Shown here: one piece after another, positions 49,740 through 61,762 of the stretch | Numbering within the stretch: position 1 is the first letter of the stretch | How the letters are laid out: each line of letters begins with the position of its first letter | Source: Atractiella rhizophila | Lineage: Eukaryota | Assembly: GCA_021432655.1 (NCBI GenBank) | Contig: MU271270.1 | Location: 1-64,000 of the forward strand | Length of the DNA stretch: 64,000 nt | Direction of reading: 5' to 3' | The notes under the pieces: model-generated | Database searches by the model: none | Told to the model about the DNA's origin: nothing | Seen by the model: the letters and a program-made list of their open reading frames with translations, nothing else | Translations under genes and position numbers: made by a program

Positions 49740-52700
49740 ATGGGCAATCGATACACATATCTCAGTCAGTCCATTTCTCTGCCCCAACAGCTCATGATAA
49801 TTGACAAGAGGGCACAGTTTGCTCATTCGTAGCATTCGGTACGCCTCCCAGTCCCTCCTCCTACGCCACTGACATTCATCAAAAACTTGCTCTTCCGTGG
49901 CGTCACAGGTGGCTTCCTGTTCGGTCCGTCTTGTCTCCTCCTCCTCCTCCTCCTCCCGATCCATTCAACTGACTGAATTTCGACCATTCATTTTGTGTTC
50001 TTTGTTCGATACGTACAGGTTACGACTCGTGCGTTCCCCTCTCTTATTCTCTAACAGGAGCTAATGAATGAATGTCCCCGTGTTCCTTGGCCCTTCTTCG
50101 ACTGTTCGACGCTACTCCACTCCAACTCCAACCCCAACTCCACAATATCGAAATTCGATCAATCTAACCAACGTATCCATGGATTCGATTCGGTTTGGTA
50201 CACATGATGATGCGTGATGGTACCGTGCTGCAGAGGGAACATAGCTGGCGTCATGCAGATGTCCGCCTTCATCAAGGCATTCGGGAACCATGTGGAACCT
50301 GGAACTGTGGGAGGGGCGATTGCAATCATCGATGGAGAGACCTATCAAAGTGCGCATCTTTCCTCCTGTTCTTTCAATATGCTCATCGATTCCGCCCATT
50401 GGAACAGTCTCGAGTACCGACAAAAGCTTGATCACCAGCTTCCTTAGCATCGGGTACCCACTCTTTTCCAATAAGCTCAATAGAAGAGGGAATGACTTTT
50501 CTTTTTATTGGTAAGGACCTTCCTCGGCGCCCTGGCTGGCGGTTGGATAGCGGATGCCTTCGGTTCGTTCCTCTCTCTCCCAGCAACGCATTCATGCTAA
50601 CTCGGAGAGGAAATAGGTCGAAGGGTGCGTCTCACATTCCTTTCAACGATAAATCGATTTGTTTTTTCTTCCGAACCTCTCCCGGAACTAAGTGACTGAC
50701 TGGCCGGGACCATTGAACAGGGAGGAATCATCATATCCGGTCTTGTCCGTCCTCTTCCATCTCTCCTTCTTTCTTTATGATAATAAAGTGAAGCTGACTA
50801 TCTTCTTCTTGCTTGTTGCGCAATAGGTCTTCTTGGCCGGCGTCACGGCTCAGACTGCTTGCATGTCTATACCCGGCCTGTGTGCTGGAAGAGTCGTCGC
50901 TGGATTAGGTGTAGGGATCATTTCTATGATGTGTGTACTTCCTTCTCTCCTCCTCCTTTCTCTCAGGCTTGACGTGGGCGGTTTGCTGATATGTTCTTCC
51001 TAATTTTTGTACAGGGTACCGATGTACCAAGCAGAAGCGGCACCACCCCACGTTCGGTACGTTCCTCTCCCTCCCCCATCTTCTAACGAAAGGAATTGAC
51101 GTGTCATGGGGTACAGAGGAGCCCTGATCTCACTGTACCAGCTCGCTATCACCCTAGGCATCTGCGTTGCTCAGACCTTCAATTTTGCAACCGCCGATAA
51201 TCTCTCCTCTGTCTCTTGGAGGGTGCCGTACGTTCAACTTTTCATTTCTTCTGTCAAAGAACGAGGCGAATTCTGATTGCAATTGGGTGTGACGTATACA
51301 GGATTGGCATCCAGATCGCCTGGGGCATCATCCTCATCGTGGGAGTCATGATGATACCCGAATCACCGCGTTATCTCGTCAAAAGAGGGATGACTGCGCA
51401 AGCTCTGAAGAATTTGGCCAAAATGAGAGCGAGGGGCGAGACCACCATTGCTGTGCGGGAAGAGTTCAGCGATATCATCAACAATGTCAGTTTTGGCCTC
51501 GTTCCTTCTCTCTTCTTTTCTCGGGCTGACACAGCCGATGGTGGATGGGCAGTACGAGTATGAATTGTCGTTAGGACCTTCCACTTATGCCGAGTGCTTC
51601 CGGGGGACCATGAGGAATCGGACACTTATTGGGATCAATGTCCAGATGTTCCAGGTCAGTCTTCTTCCTCCATACCCCATCGCACTAGGAGCGAGTTTGC
51701 TGAATGAACTGACAGCAATTTACGGGCATCAATTTTATCTTCTACTTGTTCGTCCACCCTTTTTTTCTTTCTCCCCCATGGCACCTCCGCTGAAAGAATC
51801 CTGCAGTGGCACGACATATTTCGAGAATGCGGGTATTTCAGCACCATTCCTTATCACCGTCAGTTATCTTCCTCTACTAATCCAAACAGAAACTGATCCT
51901 TCGTCCTTGACGAGCTCAGATCGCCACGGGCATCGTCAATGTGTTCTTCACTCTTCCCGGAATATGGATGGTTGAGCACTTGGGTCGTCGGACGTTCCTG
52001 TTCGTCATTCCCTTACTTGCCTCCCCTTTCGTTACTGGCCTCATTAGTGATGTGGCGATAGCCTGGGCGGTTCAATCGTGATGTGTGTCGCACAATTCCT
52101 CATCGGCATCGTGGCCGTCACGAAGGGCAACGAAACCCAATCAGCCAAAGATACGCTCGTAGCTTTCACCTTAATCTTCATCGCCGCCTTTGCCGCTACT
52201 TGGGTCCGTCTCACCACCACCACTATCCTTTGGAGAGTACGCTGATGGAGGATGTATAGGGGCCCGGAGCATGGGTCTTAACCGGAGAAGTGTTCCCACT
52301 CAAACTTCGAGGACGTGGAATGTCTCTTTCTGCAGCTTCGAACTGGTTTTGGAACTGGATCATCGCTTTCATTGTTCCTTATCTTTCTGACAAGGGCTAC
52401 GCGGGATTAGAGAGCAAGATCACCTTTGTGTGGGGATCTCTGGCCGTTCGTTTCCATCCTCGTGTAGGAATGCATAGGCTGATGAGAACGTCTGCGCGGG
52501 ACCTATAGGCTGCTGGATTTGTTTGGGCATGGTTCTTCGTGCCGGAGACGAGGGGATTGACGCTGGAGGAACTCGATGAGATGTTTGAGAGTCGATTACC
52601 AGCCTGGGAGACCGCTAAATTCAAACCTTGTTCGTATCCTTCCCTTTCCCCTCCATCCATACAAGAGATGAACTGACTGCGGAACTTCTAGCCGGTTTAT

Positions 52701-52969
52701 CGACAACAAACCCCCACATCCTCTCGCAGATGAACGACCCAACACCCAGTTATGGGCAGGGACGGGAACATCGGGAGATGTCTGATTTCTCGTCGGACAA
52801 GGATGCGAGGACAGAGAACCTCACCATTTCTTCATCTCTGCCGTCGCATGCCTCAATAAGACCACCAGAGACTGCAGCAAATCCACTCGCGGTGGGAGGG
52901 AGGATCACCCCACGATTGTCGACAGGGACAAATCGACCGGGGACGGGGAATGAATATTACAGCTCATGA
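49740..52969 (+). CDS. MFS sugar porter (hexose transporter-like), very intron-rich
   Basis: AFG/GFLFG/YDS, ADAFG/RR/GG, GRVVAGLGVG, VPMYQAEAAP, IPESPRYL, QQFTGINFIFY, GEVFPLKLRG, FFVPETRGLTLEELDEMF. Confidence 0.93.
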
Positions 52970-54204
52970 GACGCTGAGAGAAAGAGAAATAAAACGAAAA
53001 TAAGTTTCGACATTGGATTCGGTGTTGTTTATCCGTGCGACGGGTGTCTGTCTTTCTTGGTTTCTCATTCGAGGTGCAGAGGAATTAGTTATTCCTTATT
53101 TCTTTCGTTATGCCGTTTTCCATCTCGAATCCTTGATTCATTTTGCTTCGCTCACTCAGTGCTCGATGGGTTTCACCGCTTTTGATTACTTATACATGTC
53201 GTACTTGTTGTACAACCGTTGGATTGGTGGAGATACCTGCGCGGTGGGTAACTAGCGTGATGAATGTCAATATCTATAGTCGCACTCAATCATTGCATTG
53301 CGCTCCACGAAGTTCCTCATGAAGTGTTATCTATAAGGGGGAGGTTGAAGCAAATCGACTGTTTATGGTGGGAAGCCTCGCTTCATCATGAATTCGAAGC
53401 AAGTGTGGTGGATTGGGGCGACGCTTAATAGGAAACAGGGACTCGTTGATTCATGCCATGTTACTTATTAAGGAACAAGCAAGGTCTTGCCATCTGTTAG
53501 CATTATACTATTAGATGGTACGAGATTGGGGCTTTCTATTGCAGGCAGTTGTTGCATAGGTGACAGAACAGAACGTAACCATTGTATCTGTTCCAATAAA
53601 GGTATACATCAGTATGCATTTTCATTGTGATTACGGGCAAAATTGTTCAGGAGATCAGATGGTTCCACTTGGTCACATACGGCTCCAAGCCTTCGAATTC
53701 ATTAAATCAGTTTTTCATTTTTCAATCATCGCTTCTCTACACATTCCCATTTCCAACTCGAGCGGGAGACGAACTTACCATACACTTCAACTCAATCTTG
53801 ACAGAATAAGTTACATGTAGGCAAAAATTGTCAGCTCGCACGACGAACTAGTCACCGCACGATTCCTAAATTGCCAGTCTCTCTCGAGATCATTAGACTC
53901 GAAAGTCATGGCAGTTGCTCCTCCATGGCGAAGAGGGTAACCGTGGCTGATCTAGGTGCAATGCTCAGCTTCCTTCGCTTCTCGAAGAACCAATGCACAT
54001 ACCTCTGAATTTTTTGATCGAGGGAAAAAAGTGCTCAGGAGGGTCCTTTTATACACAGTTGCTTGCGACCCTACCCCTAACCGTACTCACTCAACAGTTT
54101 ACAGTTTTGCAGTTTAGTTTGCCAACACAACACCCATTCTCATTCTCTTTCCCTCTCAGAAGACACTCTCAAGAAGCGGACGACGAAATTCAACTAATGC
54201 TTAC

Positions 54205-56907
54205 ATGTTCAGCAAATGGTTCAGCGTAAACCAACCCAAACCTCGTCCTTCCGGCGTGAAGCGAGGTCACCAGCCTACCGAGTCCACAATCGGCTTAGAG
54301 AGTGTTTTGGATGGCGGTGAGTGTCTACTTGCTGCAGTCAAAGGACGGGTGGTTACAATGATGTTATGACGTTTAATATATCTGAATCAACTGTTCTGAA
54401 GGCTCGTAGAGCCTTTTGAAGTTATTTTTCCTCGCGTTGCTGAGATTTTCCACCCCAACAAGTTTGCTTGATGATATTGGAAAGATCGAAGGAAGTTAAT
54501 ATTGCTGTGAAACTAGATGACCGGCCAACGCACGGCCGCAACCTTTCTCGAAGCACGTCAGTCTCCCTGAGCCCTGCTGTCGGAGCGGGCATTCTTTCTT
54601 CTCGTCCCCAACCTCGACGGCGTCCGACTTACTCAGAGGATCACGGTTATGGGAGTCCTCGTCCGCCAACCTTCACTTCATCTCGTGGTTGGCTGCAGAG
54701 TCCCACACGACTGACGCCTCGAAAGATCGTGGTCGCAGTATTCGTCTTCTTCACCTTCGTTCTTCTTTACAAGCGTTGGAGCGACGACAAGTTCAACCAA
54801 GCTCCTCTTCCTAAACCTACCATTTACAACAGTGAGTCCCTGTTCCATAGGAAAACCAGCCAGTTTGTTGATGTTGAGGCCGAGAGCAGGTATCGAGAGT
54901 TACGAAGCAGTTAGATACCAGCATCTCAATACATCAGAGTCCATCATCCTTCCCCAGAAAACCCGCATTTTCCACGTTACCAAAGAATTCGGTCCAGCCT
55001 CCATGGGAGGACTTGGAACGGTCGTTACAGCATTAGTCAAAGCTCAAGCAGAAAATCCTCTCCTGGACGTCTCCGTCATCATGCCATACTACTCATTTCT
55101 TCGATCCGGTAAAAAAATTCGAACAAGAGGATTCGCAGAACTCGCTGTCGAATATCGACAGTCTGCCCAATCCCGAACTTCTACCGTTTCATGCCACGTC
55201 TCCGTAGGCCACTGGGATTATTGGACCCAAGATCACCTCGACCCTGATTTACCCATCGAAGACAAGGAAAAGCGTTCCATTACGATTTACTTCGTCGGCC
55301 CTGGAGACGTTCAGCCGTTCAGGAACGCCTTTAAGGCAGAAAACAAGAACGATATTTACTCCGCTTACAAGCCTCTGCCTGCAGAATGGAAGGACCTCTA
55401 TTTCGCGAAATCAGTATCCGAACTCGTCGCTTTCATTAATTCGGAATCTGACGACGCAACAATCTTCGGACACGACGACGACGACGACGACACCTCTGCG
55501 GTGATCGACGTCTTGCATGTCCATGGAGCAACAAACGCGATGGTAATGCATTATATCAAAAACTTCAGGAACCAGCATATGCTGGGCGAGAACCCTCCTT
55601 CCATTGTCTATACGCTACACGACTATCTAGATGAGGTAGAATACAGCAACCGAGTCTCCAACGTTGAGTCGTTCCTCGACACCGCCTCTCCAACGTCCTC
55701 AGCCCTGGACTATGAGTCCCTTCAGCCCTATGTCCACGAACAACAAGTCTTCACCTCAGCCCTCGGAATCGATCTGGCAGATCAAGTCACTTTCGTTTCT
55801 CGTTCAGTCGCTCGGGACTTGGTACAGCTGGAGATGGATTTTTACCTGAAGGAGCTTGTCCTTCCCTCCCTCCTCAGTGCGGCGAAAGCAGGCAACTTCT
55901 TCGGGATCTCCAACGGTATAGACCTTGAAGACGGCGCGAAGAACCCTTTCACAGGGTCCCGCTTGATCGAGGCAGAGCTGGCATTCCCTCGTGTTGGAGA
56001 AGATGTTACGTCTTTCTCAACATTCTGGACCCAGGATGAGACTGGTGGCAAAACAAAGGTGTCCTTTTATGAGACAAAAGTTAGAGCGAAGAAACACCTC
56101 ATTGAGAGTCTACCCGACGTTTTCAATGAAGACGATCTTCAAAGGCCGTTCCTTCTCTTCATCGGACGTTTCCAGTACAATAAAGGATGCGACTTTTTCG
56201 ATACCATCGCTCGAAAATTCAACGGTCGAATACGACTTATAGTCATGGGCCAGCACAACAACTACCCTTCTGACCGCTTGAAGATTCTCGCCAAACAGTT
56301 TCCCGATCGTTTCACCCTCATCGATGATGCCGCTTTCCAAGCGCAGTGGGGATCCATTCTCCGAATGGCGAGCGACTTCGCTTTTGTTCCCTCCTTCTCT
56401 GAATCATTCGGAATCGTCGCAGCAGAAGGCCTCCTTTTCGGAATGCCAGTTATCAGCAGTGGAGTGGGAGGATTGGCGGAATTCCTGACGCCGATCAAAG
56501 ACGACAAGAAGATCGGAAACGCCTATCTCTTCGATGCTTTGGGCCAAGACCCAGTGAAAGAAGGCTTGCCCCTCGCTAAGGATCCTGAACTATTCATGGA
56601 ACCGGCAGGGCGGAATAAGGCTGCGCTGGCTAGAGCGAGGACGAGGCTGTTGAGCACCTTAGACGTTGCCATCGCTGAGTGGGAGAGGACAATGTTGCTT
56701 CCTGACGCTAGTTGGGTAGATAAAGAGACGTTCGTCAGACGTTTAGTAAGTAACGCATTGGGGATGAGTTGGGATCGAGACGGTGGACCAGTAGATGAGG
56801 TACGCCTTTCTTCCTCCCGCTTCTCACCACAGAACTGATGGAGCCTGGTCTTTACTGTACAGTATAATCTTGTGTACCAACGAGCTCTGGATCTCGTTGA
56901 CCGGTGA
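54205..56907 (+). CDS. Stand-alone GT5 (starch/bacterial glycogen synthase-like) glycosyltransferase with N-terminal membrane anchor
   Basis: TM KIVVAVFVFFTFVLLYKR; RIFHVTKEFGPASMGGLGTVVTAL, VSVIMPYY, DVLHVH, VYTLHD, GISNGID, FIGRFQYNKG, FVPSFSESFGIVAAEGLLFGMPVISSGVGGL; start at 54205 inferred via an intron beginning at 54318. Confidence 0.85.
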
Positions 56908-57408
56908 TAATTGATAGGGAGTCTTGGGTAGTCGGATGCTAGTAATCTGTGCTCTTTCGCCTTTCGTAGTTCCTTTATCCTTTCATTGTGCATACTCCCG
57001 TGTCAATATCACTACTATTCGGAAGCCAAGGTCAAACCTCCATCTATTGCGATCAAGATGGCGAGTACAATCGGGTATCACAATGACATCGAAAGAAAAG
57101 AATAACGAGTGTGGATCATGAAAGGTGAGATCTGGAGAGGAGAGCAGGAGAATAAACTAGGATAATTAGACATGAGAGTTATGAAACTATATACCGCAGC
57201 CAGTTTACCATTCACTGATGGATTCTTCTAAAAACTTGAGCTTCTGTCTGCTGCTGCTAAGGCGGAGAGAAAGCCGATCAAACCGAGACGAAAACAACAG
57301 AATCAACGAAAGTCGAAGTATCTATTCCACAACACAATTCGTCAGTTTTCTTCGGAGCCATACCTCCGTTGATGAAGATTACTAACCAAGCCCAAACCAA
57401 GGAACGAT

Positions 57409-58998
57409 TCAAAAATGGCTCATCGAAAGATTACTCTGTCCAGAGAAATCCAATCCCGTCTTCTCTTCCTTTCCCACCAGCCTCTCCCCATCGACTGAAT
57501 GCCGAGGCGATCTGGATCCCTCAGCAGAGCTCCTCGGGCTGATTGACAAGCTGGTCGCAAAGGTAGTCGCTGAACTGGCCGTCGTGCCCATCGAGGAGGA
57601 AGCGGCGGTTTCAACCGAAGAGGCAGTGGAGGAACGAGAGAATATACTCCTCCTCTTCGACTTGCACCTTGCTAACTTCGACTTCTTCTCTTTCTCTTCC
57701 GTCGGTGTTGGAGGCACCTCGGAGATGGAAGGGCTCGCAAGAATAGGCGTGAGAGTGGGTGACATGTCTTCGTTTGACCGTTCCCTGATGATGGGAGGAA
57801 TGTCCAACGACTCCCGAAGACTGATAGCCGTCCGAGGAGGAGTGTCAGGTATGAGTTTGAGGACTGGAGTCGGAGCGCTGACGACCGACTTGAATTCGGG
57901 ACGGGTGGGCCTTGTATTTGGACGAGCAGAGATGGGAGTCGAGAAACTACGTTGTTGGAGGGGAACGGAAGAAGAATGAGGGAGGAGGGATAGGCCACCG
58001 TCGAGGTCGGGGGCAGCGTGTGAAAGGGTGAGTTGCTGCATCTTGATATGTCGACAAGGACCTTTAGCGCTCTTCGTGCTACATAAGCTGCAGCTCGAAC
58101 CTTGGTCCTTCACCTTTGGCGGAGAGGTGGTTTCCTTCTTCCTTCCGAAAAAACTTCGCCTACCGCTTGGGCTGATCGGCGACACCGGTTGATCTTCTGC
58201 AGTCGGAGAAGTATTAAAACTTTCTGCGGCGAGGGGAGAAGTGGTCAACTCGTGTAATTCCTCATCAGAGGCAACATCTCGAAGGAGGACGTCGACCCGC
58301 ATCTGGCGTGACTCAAAGTTCGGTTTACGCTTAAGACTCGGACTCCTTAGCAAAGGGGATTGAGAGGCTGAAATCTGGGGAGAAGATGGTAGGGCAGGTA
58401 GACGGAGTCGATGGAGCAGACGGTGAAAGTACAGCTTGACGGGAACGAAGAGAAGGACGATGGTTGACACGATGGCCATGAAGCTAGCGTAGACGATGCC
58501 GAGGACTCGTTGACACTTGCAAACGAAGCCCGAGGTCTCCATCACGACCCCTGAAACAGGTCCAGCTGGATCTTCGTCCTCTCCAATCTCCTCCTTTCCT
58601 TTTCCCTTCTCTCGCCGTAGCAGACTCCCTTCTTCCCACATCAGCCTGGCGGTTGTCGATGACGTCTGGCCAGGAGGCCGCAAGATTGGAGAGATGGGGA
58701 TATCCTTTGCTGCAGGCAGAGATGGAGGAATGAGAACGGGGGTATCCTTGAAAATAGAGGTAGAGGTAGAGGTAGAAGAGAAAGAGGAGACGCTGGTGGT
58801 GTCGAAAGCGAAAATGTCCTGGCGAAGAGGGACTACTTTGGGAGAAGACGAAGGAGAAGTCGAGCTGGACGAGCTGGGATTGCATATCTTCTTACCCCAA
58901 CCCGAAAAGGACCTTCTTTTGCCGCTACGATCCCGGTCATGCTCTTCTTCCAATGAAAGTCGGTCTGAATTCGGGGAACTTGATGTTGAAGGGGACAT
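57409..58998 (-). CDS. Hypothetical Ser/Pro-rich protein with one hydrophobic segment
   Basis: 530-codon ORF from MSPSTSSSPNSDR; hydrophobic VLGIVYASFMAIVSTIVLLFVPV; the 3' end may splice further. Confidence 0.65.
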   Translation of the reverse strand: MSPSTSSSPNSDRLSLEEEHDRDRSGKRRSFSGWGKKICNPSSSSSTSPSSSPKVVPLRQDIFAFDTTSVSSFSSTSTSTSIFKDTPVLIPPSLPAAKDIPISPILRPPGQTSSTTARLMWEEGSLLRREKGKGKEEIGEDEDPAGPVSGVVMETSGFVCKCQRVLGIVYASFMAIVSTIVLLFVPVKLYFHRLLHRLRLPALPSSPQISASQSPLLRSPSLKRKPNFESRQMRVDVLLRDVASDEELHELTTSPLAAESFNTSPTAEDQPVSPISPSGRRSFFGRKKETTSPPKVKDQGSSCSLCSTKSAKGPCRHIKMQQLTLSHAAPDLDGGLSLLPHSSSVPLQQRSFSTPISARPNTRPTRPEFKSVVSAPTPVLKLIPDTPPRTAISLRESLDIPPIIRERSNEDMSPTLTPILASPSISEVPPTPTEEKEKKSKLARCKSKRRSIFSRSSTASSVETAASSSMGTTASSATTFATSLSISPRSSAEGSRSPRHSVDGERLVGKEEKTGLDFSGQSNLSMSHF

Positions 58999-61762
58999 TG
59001 CTGCTGAAGCTTGAAAAAAAAAATCGAAAGAGTACGACAACAGTTGGAAAGTGTAATGTAGCTGATGTTGTAGACGGCCAAGACTTTTGAGTCTCCTTTC
59101 CAACTGCAACAGACGAGTGGGTTCGGGAGCTACAAAGTTCGCGCGAGTGGCAAGCTAGGTATTTGTGGCTAGCTCCCCTGATGGAAGAACCAAGTCAGCA
59201 CGGTATTACGGACGAGATAAAGATGCTAAAAACTATGAGCACCTCTTGTTCCAATGCTACTTTTCAACAGGAGATCAGGTTGCATGCGAACAATATATAA
59301 CAAAGCACGATTGTTTGCTCGCGTTGTATCCCGAAAAGACCGTTTGCTACTGCAGAGTCTGTCTGGGAAAGGTCCAAAAAATTTGGAGAGAAATGAAGAA
59401 AGCGATATTATTCGCTTATGGAAGTGAGCAGATTGCTTACTCGAGGTCACTTGAAAATTACACAGGAAGCAAGACAGGGGCTTTCATACGCCCGGTCTGC
59501 CAGTTCAATTCCCACTTTCAACTTCCGTCCACGTGAGCCTCCGTGTACTGCACTCCTGTCGCTGATTTTGATGGACTGAAGTGGGTTGAGGGAAGATTAG
59601 GGGAAAGAAAAGAATGGAAAAAAAGGGCCGAAAAAAAAAAAGAAGTTTCCGGGGTGGAGACCGTTGATGACCGGGATTCTGACCCGAGACGGTTACGCAA
59701 CGACGGTGAACAACACTCTCCGGGATTAGCGTCATTCCTGCGGAAGCAGTCCGTTAACACCTAAGCTTGCAAATTTTCTGGACGAAGTGAAAAATGGTCA
59801 AAGAGAGGCTGCCTTGGATGCTTTTGGCATTGAAAATGCGAAATTGAAAGTCAGGGGCAGATCTTGGCGTCAATACAGTTTGTTGCATCCCTTCTTTGCG
59901 CCCGCTTCCTCGGAAGCTCCGGGCAAGATCGCTGACCGAATTCGGCTTGGAATTCCATCTTGACCAGAAACTTTCCTCCAATCACGTCCCCTGATTTTGT
60001 CGCCTCTCCCCTCTCGACCATCAGTCGATGAGGGAGCATCAAATGATGAATTTGCTGAACTTCAATCTGTAAGTGTGCATGTCGCTCTCTGAAATAGTGA
60101 CTGAAGTATGTTCCTTAAGCAGATGGTACAATAGCGTAGACGATGCCGAGGACTCGTTGACACTTGCAAACGAAGCCCGAGGTCTCCATCACGACCCCTG
60201 AAACAGGTCCAGTTGGATCTTCGTCCTCTCCAATCTCCTCCTTTCCTTTTCCCTTCTCTCGCCGTAGCAGACTCCGTTCTTCCCACATTAGCCTGGCGGT
60301 TGTCGATGACGTCTGGCCAGGAGGCCGCAAGATTGGAGAGATGGGGATATCCTTTGCTGCGGGCAGAGATGGAGGAATGAGAACGGGGGTATCCTTGAAA
60401 ATAGAGGTAGAGGTAGAGGTAGAAGAGAAAGAGGAGACGCTGGTGGTGTCGAAAGCGAAAATGTCCTGGCGAAGAGGGACTACTTTGGGAGAAGACGAAG
60501 GAGAAGTCGAGCTGGACGAGCTGGGATTGCATATCTTCTTACCCCAACCCGAAAAGGACCTTCTTTTGCCGCTACGATCCCGGTCATGCTCTTCTTCCAA
60601 TGAAAGTCGGTCTGAATTCGGGGAACTTGATGTTGAAGGGGACATTGCTGCTGAAGCTTGAAAAAAAAAATCGAAAAGAGTACGACAACAGTTGGAAAGT
60701 GTAATGTGGCTGATGTTGTAGACGGCCAAGACTTTTGAGTCTCTTTTCCAACTGCAACAGACGAGTGGGTTCGGGAGCTACAAAGTTCGCGCGAGTGGCA
60801 AGCTAGGTATTTGTGGCTGGCTCCCCTGATGGAAGAACCAAGTCAGCACGGTATTACGGACGAGATAAAGATGCTAAAAAACATTAACACCTCTTATTCC
60901 AATGCTACTTTTCAAGAGGAGATCAGGTTGCATGCGAACAATAGATAACAAAGCACGATTGTTTGCTCGCGTTGTATCCCGAACAGACCGTTTTTGCAAC
61001 TGCAGGGTCTGTCTGGGACAGGTCCAAAAATTTAAAGAGCAATGAAGAAAGCGATATTATTCGCTCATGGAAGTGAGCAGACTGCTTACTCGAGGTCACT
61101 TGAAAATTACACAGGAAGCAAGACAGGGGCTTTCATACGCCCGGTCTGCCAGTTCAATTCCCACTTTCAACTTCCGTCCACGTGAGCCTCCGTGTACTGC
61201 ACTCCTGTCGCTGATTTTGATGGACTGAAGTGGGTTGAGGGAAGATTAGGGGCAAGGAAAGGATTGGAAGAGATGGTCGTATAATAAAGATGAGTTTTCT
61301 GGGTGGAGACCGTTGATGACCGGGATTCTGACCCGAGACGGTTACGCAACGACGGTGAACAACACTCTCCGGGATTAGCGTCATTCCTGCGGAAGCAGCC
61401 CGTTAACACCTAAGCTTGCAAATCTTCTGGACGAAGTGAAAAATGGTCAAAGAGAGGCTGCCTTGGATGCTTTTGGCATTGAAAATGCGAAATTGAAAGT
61501 CAGGGGCAGATCTTGGCGTCAATACAGTTTGTTGCATCCCTTCTTTGCGCCCGCTTCCTCGGAAGCTCCGGGCAAGATCACTGACCGAATTCGGCTTGGA
61601 ACTTCCACAGACCAGAAACTTTCCTCCAATCACGTCCCCTGATTCGTCCCCTGATTTTGTTGCTTCTTCCTCTCAATCATAAGCCAACGAACATCAATCT
61701 GCAAGTGTGCATGTCGCTCTCTAAAATAGTGGCTGAAGTATGTTCCTTAAGCAGATGGTACA
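58485..61762. repeat. Head-to-tail tandem duplication (58485-60130 and 60132-61762) of the 5' third and upstream region of the hypothetical gene
   Basis: Near-identical ORFs 58517/60164 and 59505/61154; both units start TAGCGTAGACG and end AAGCAGATGGTACA. Confidence 0.97.

Larger units (their letters stand above)
46532..50438. repeat. ~1.77 kb direct repeat (46532-48305 and 48667-50438), offset ~2133 bp
   Basis: Identical ORF translations at 47223/49356, 47481/49614 and 47487/49620; the SPB4 portion differs by scattered substitutions and indels. Confidence 0.97.

Noticed and set aside
50029..50057. Possible nested intron (internal CTAACAG) in the transporter intron
   Set aside because: It would be only 29 nt, and its removal does not regenerate a donor
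39516..61762. RIP mutation or transposon origin for the duplications
   Set aside because: The differences inspected are mostly synonymous and include transversions rather than one-way C-to-T changes; no TIRs, LTRs, TSDs or transposase seen
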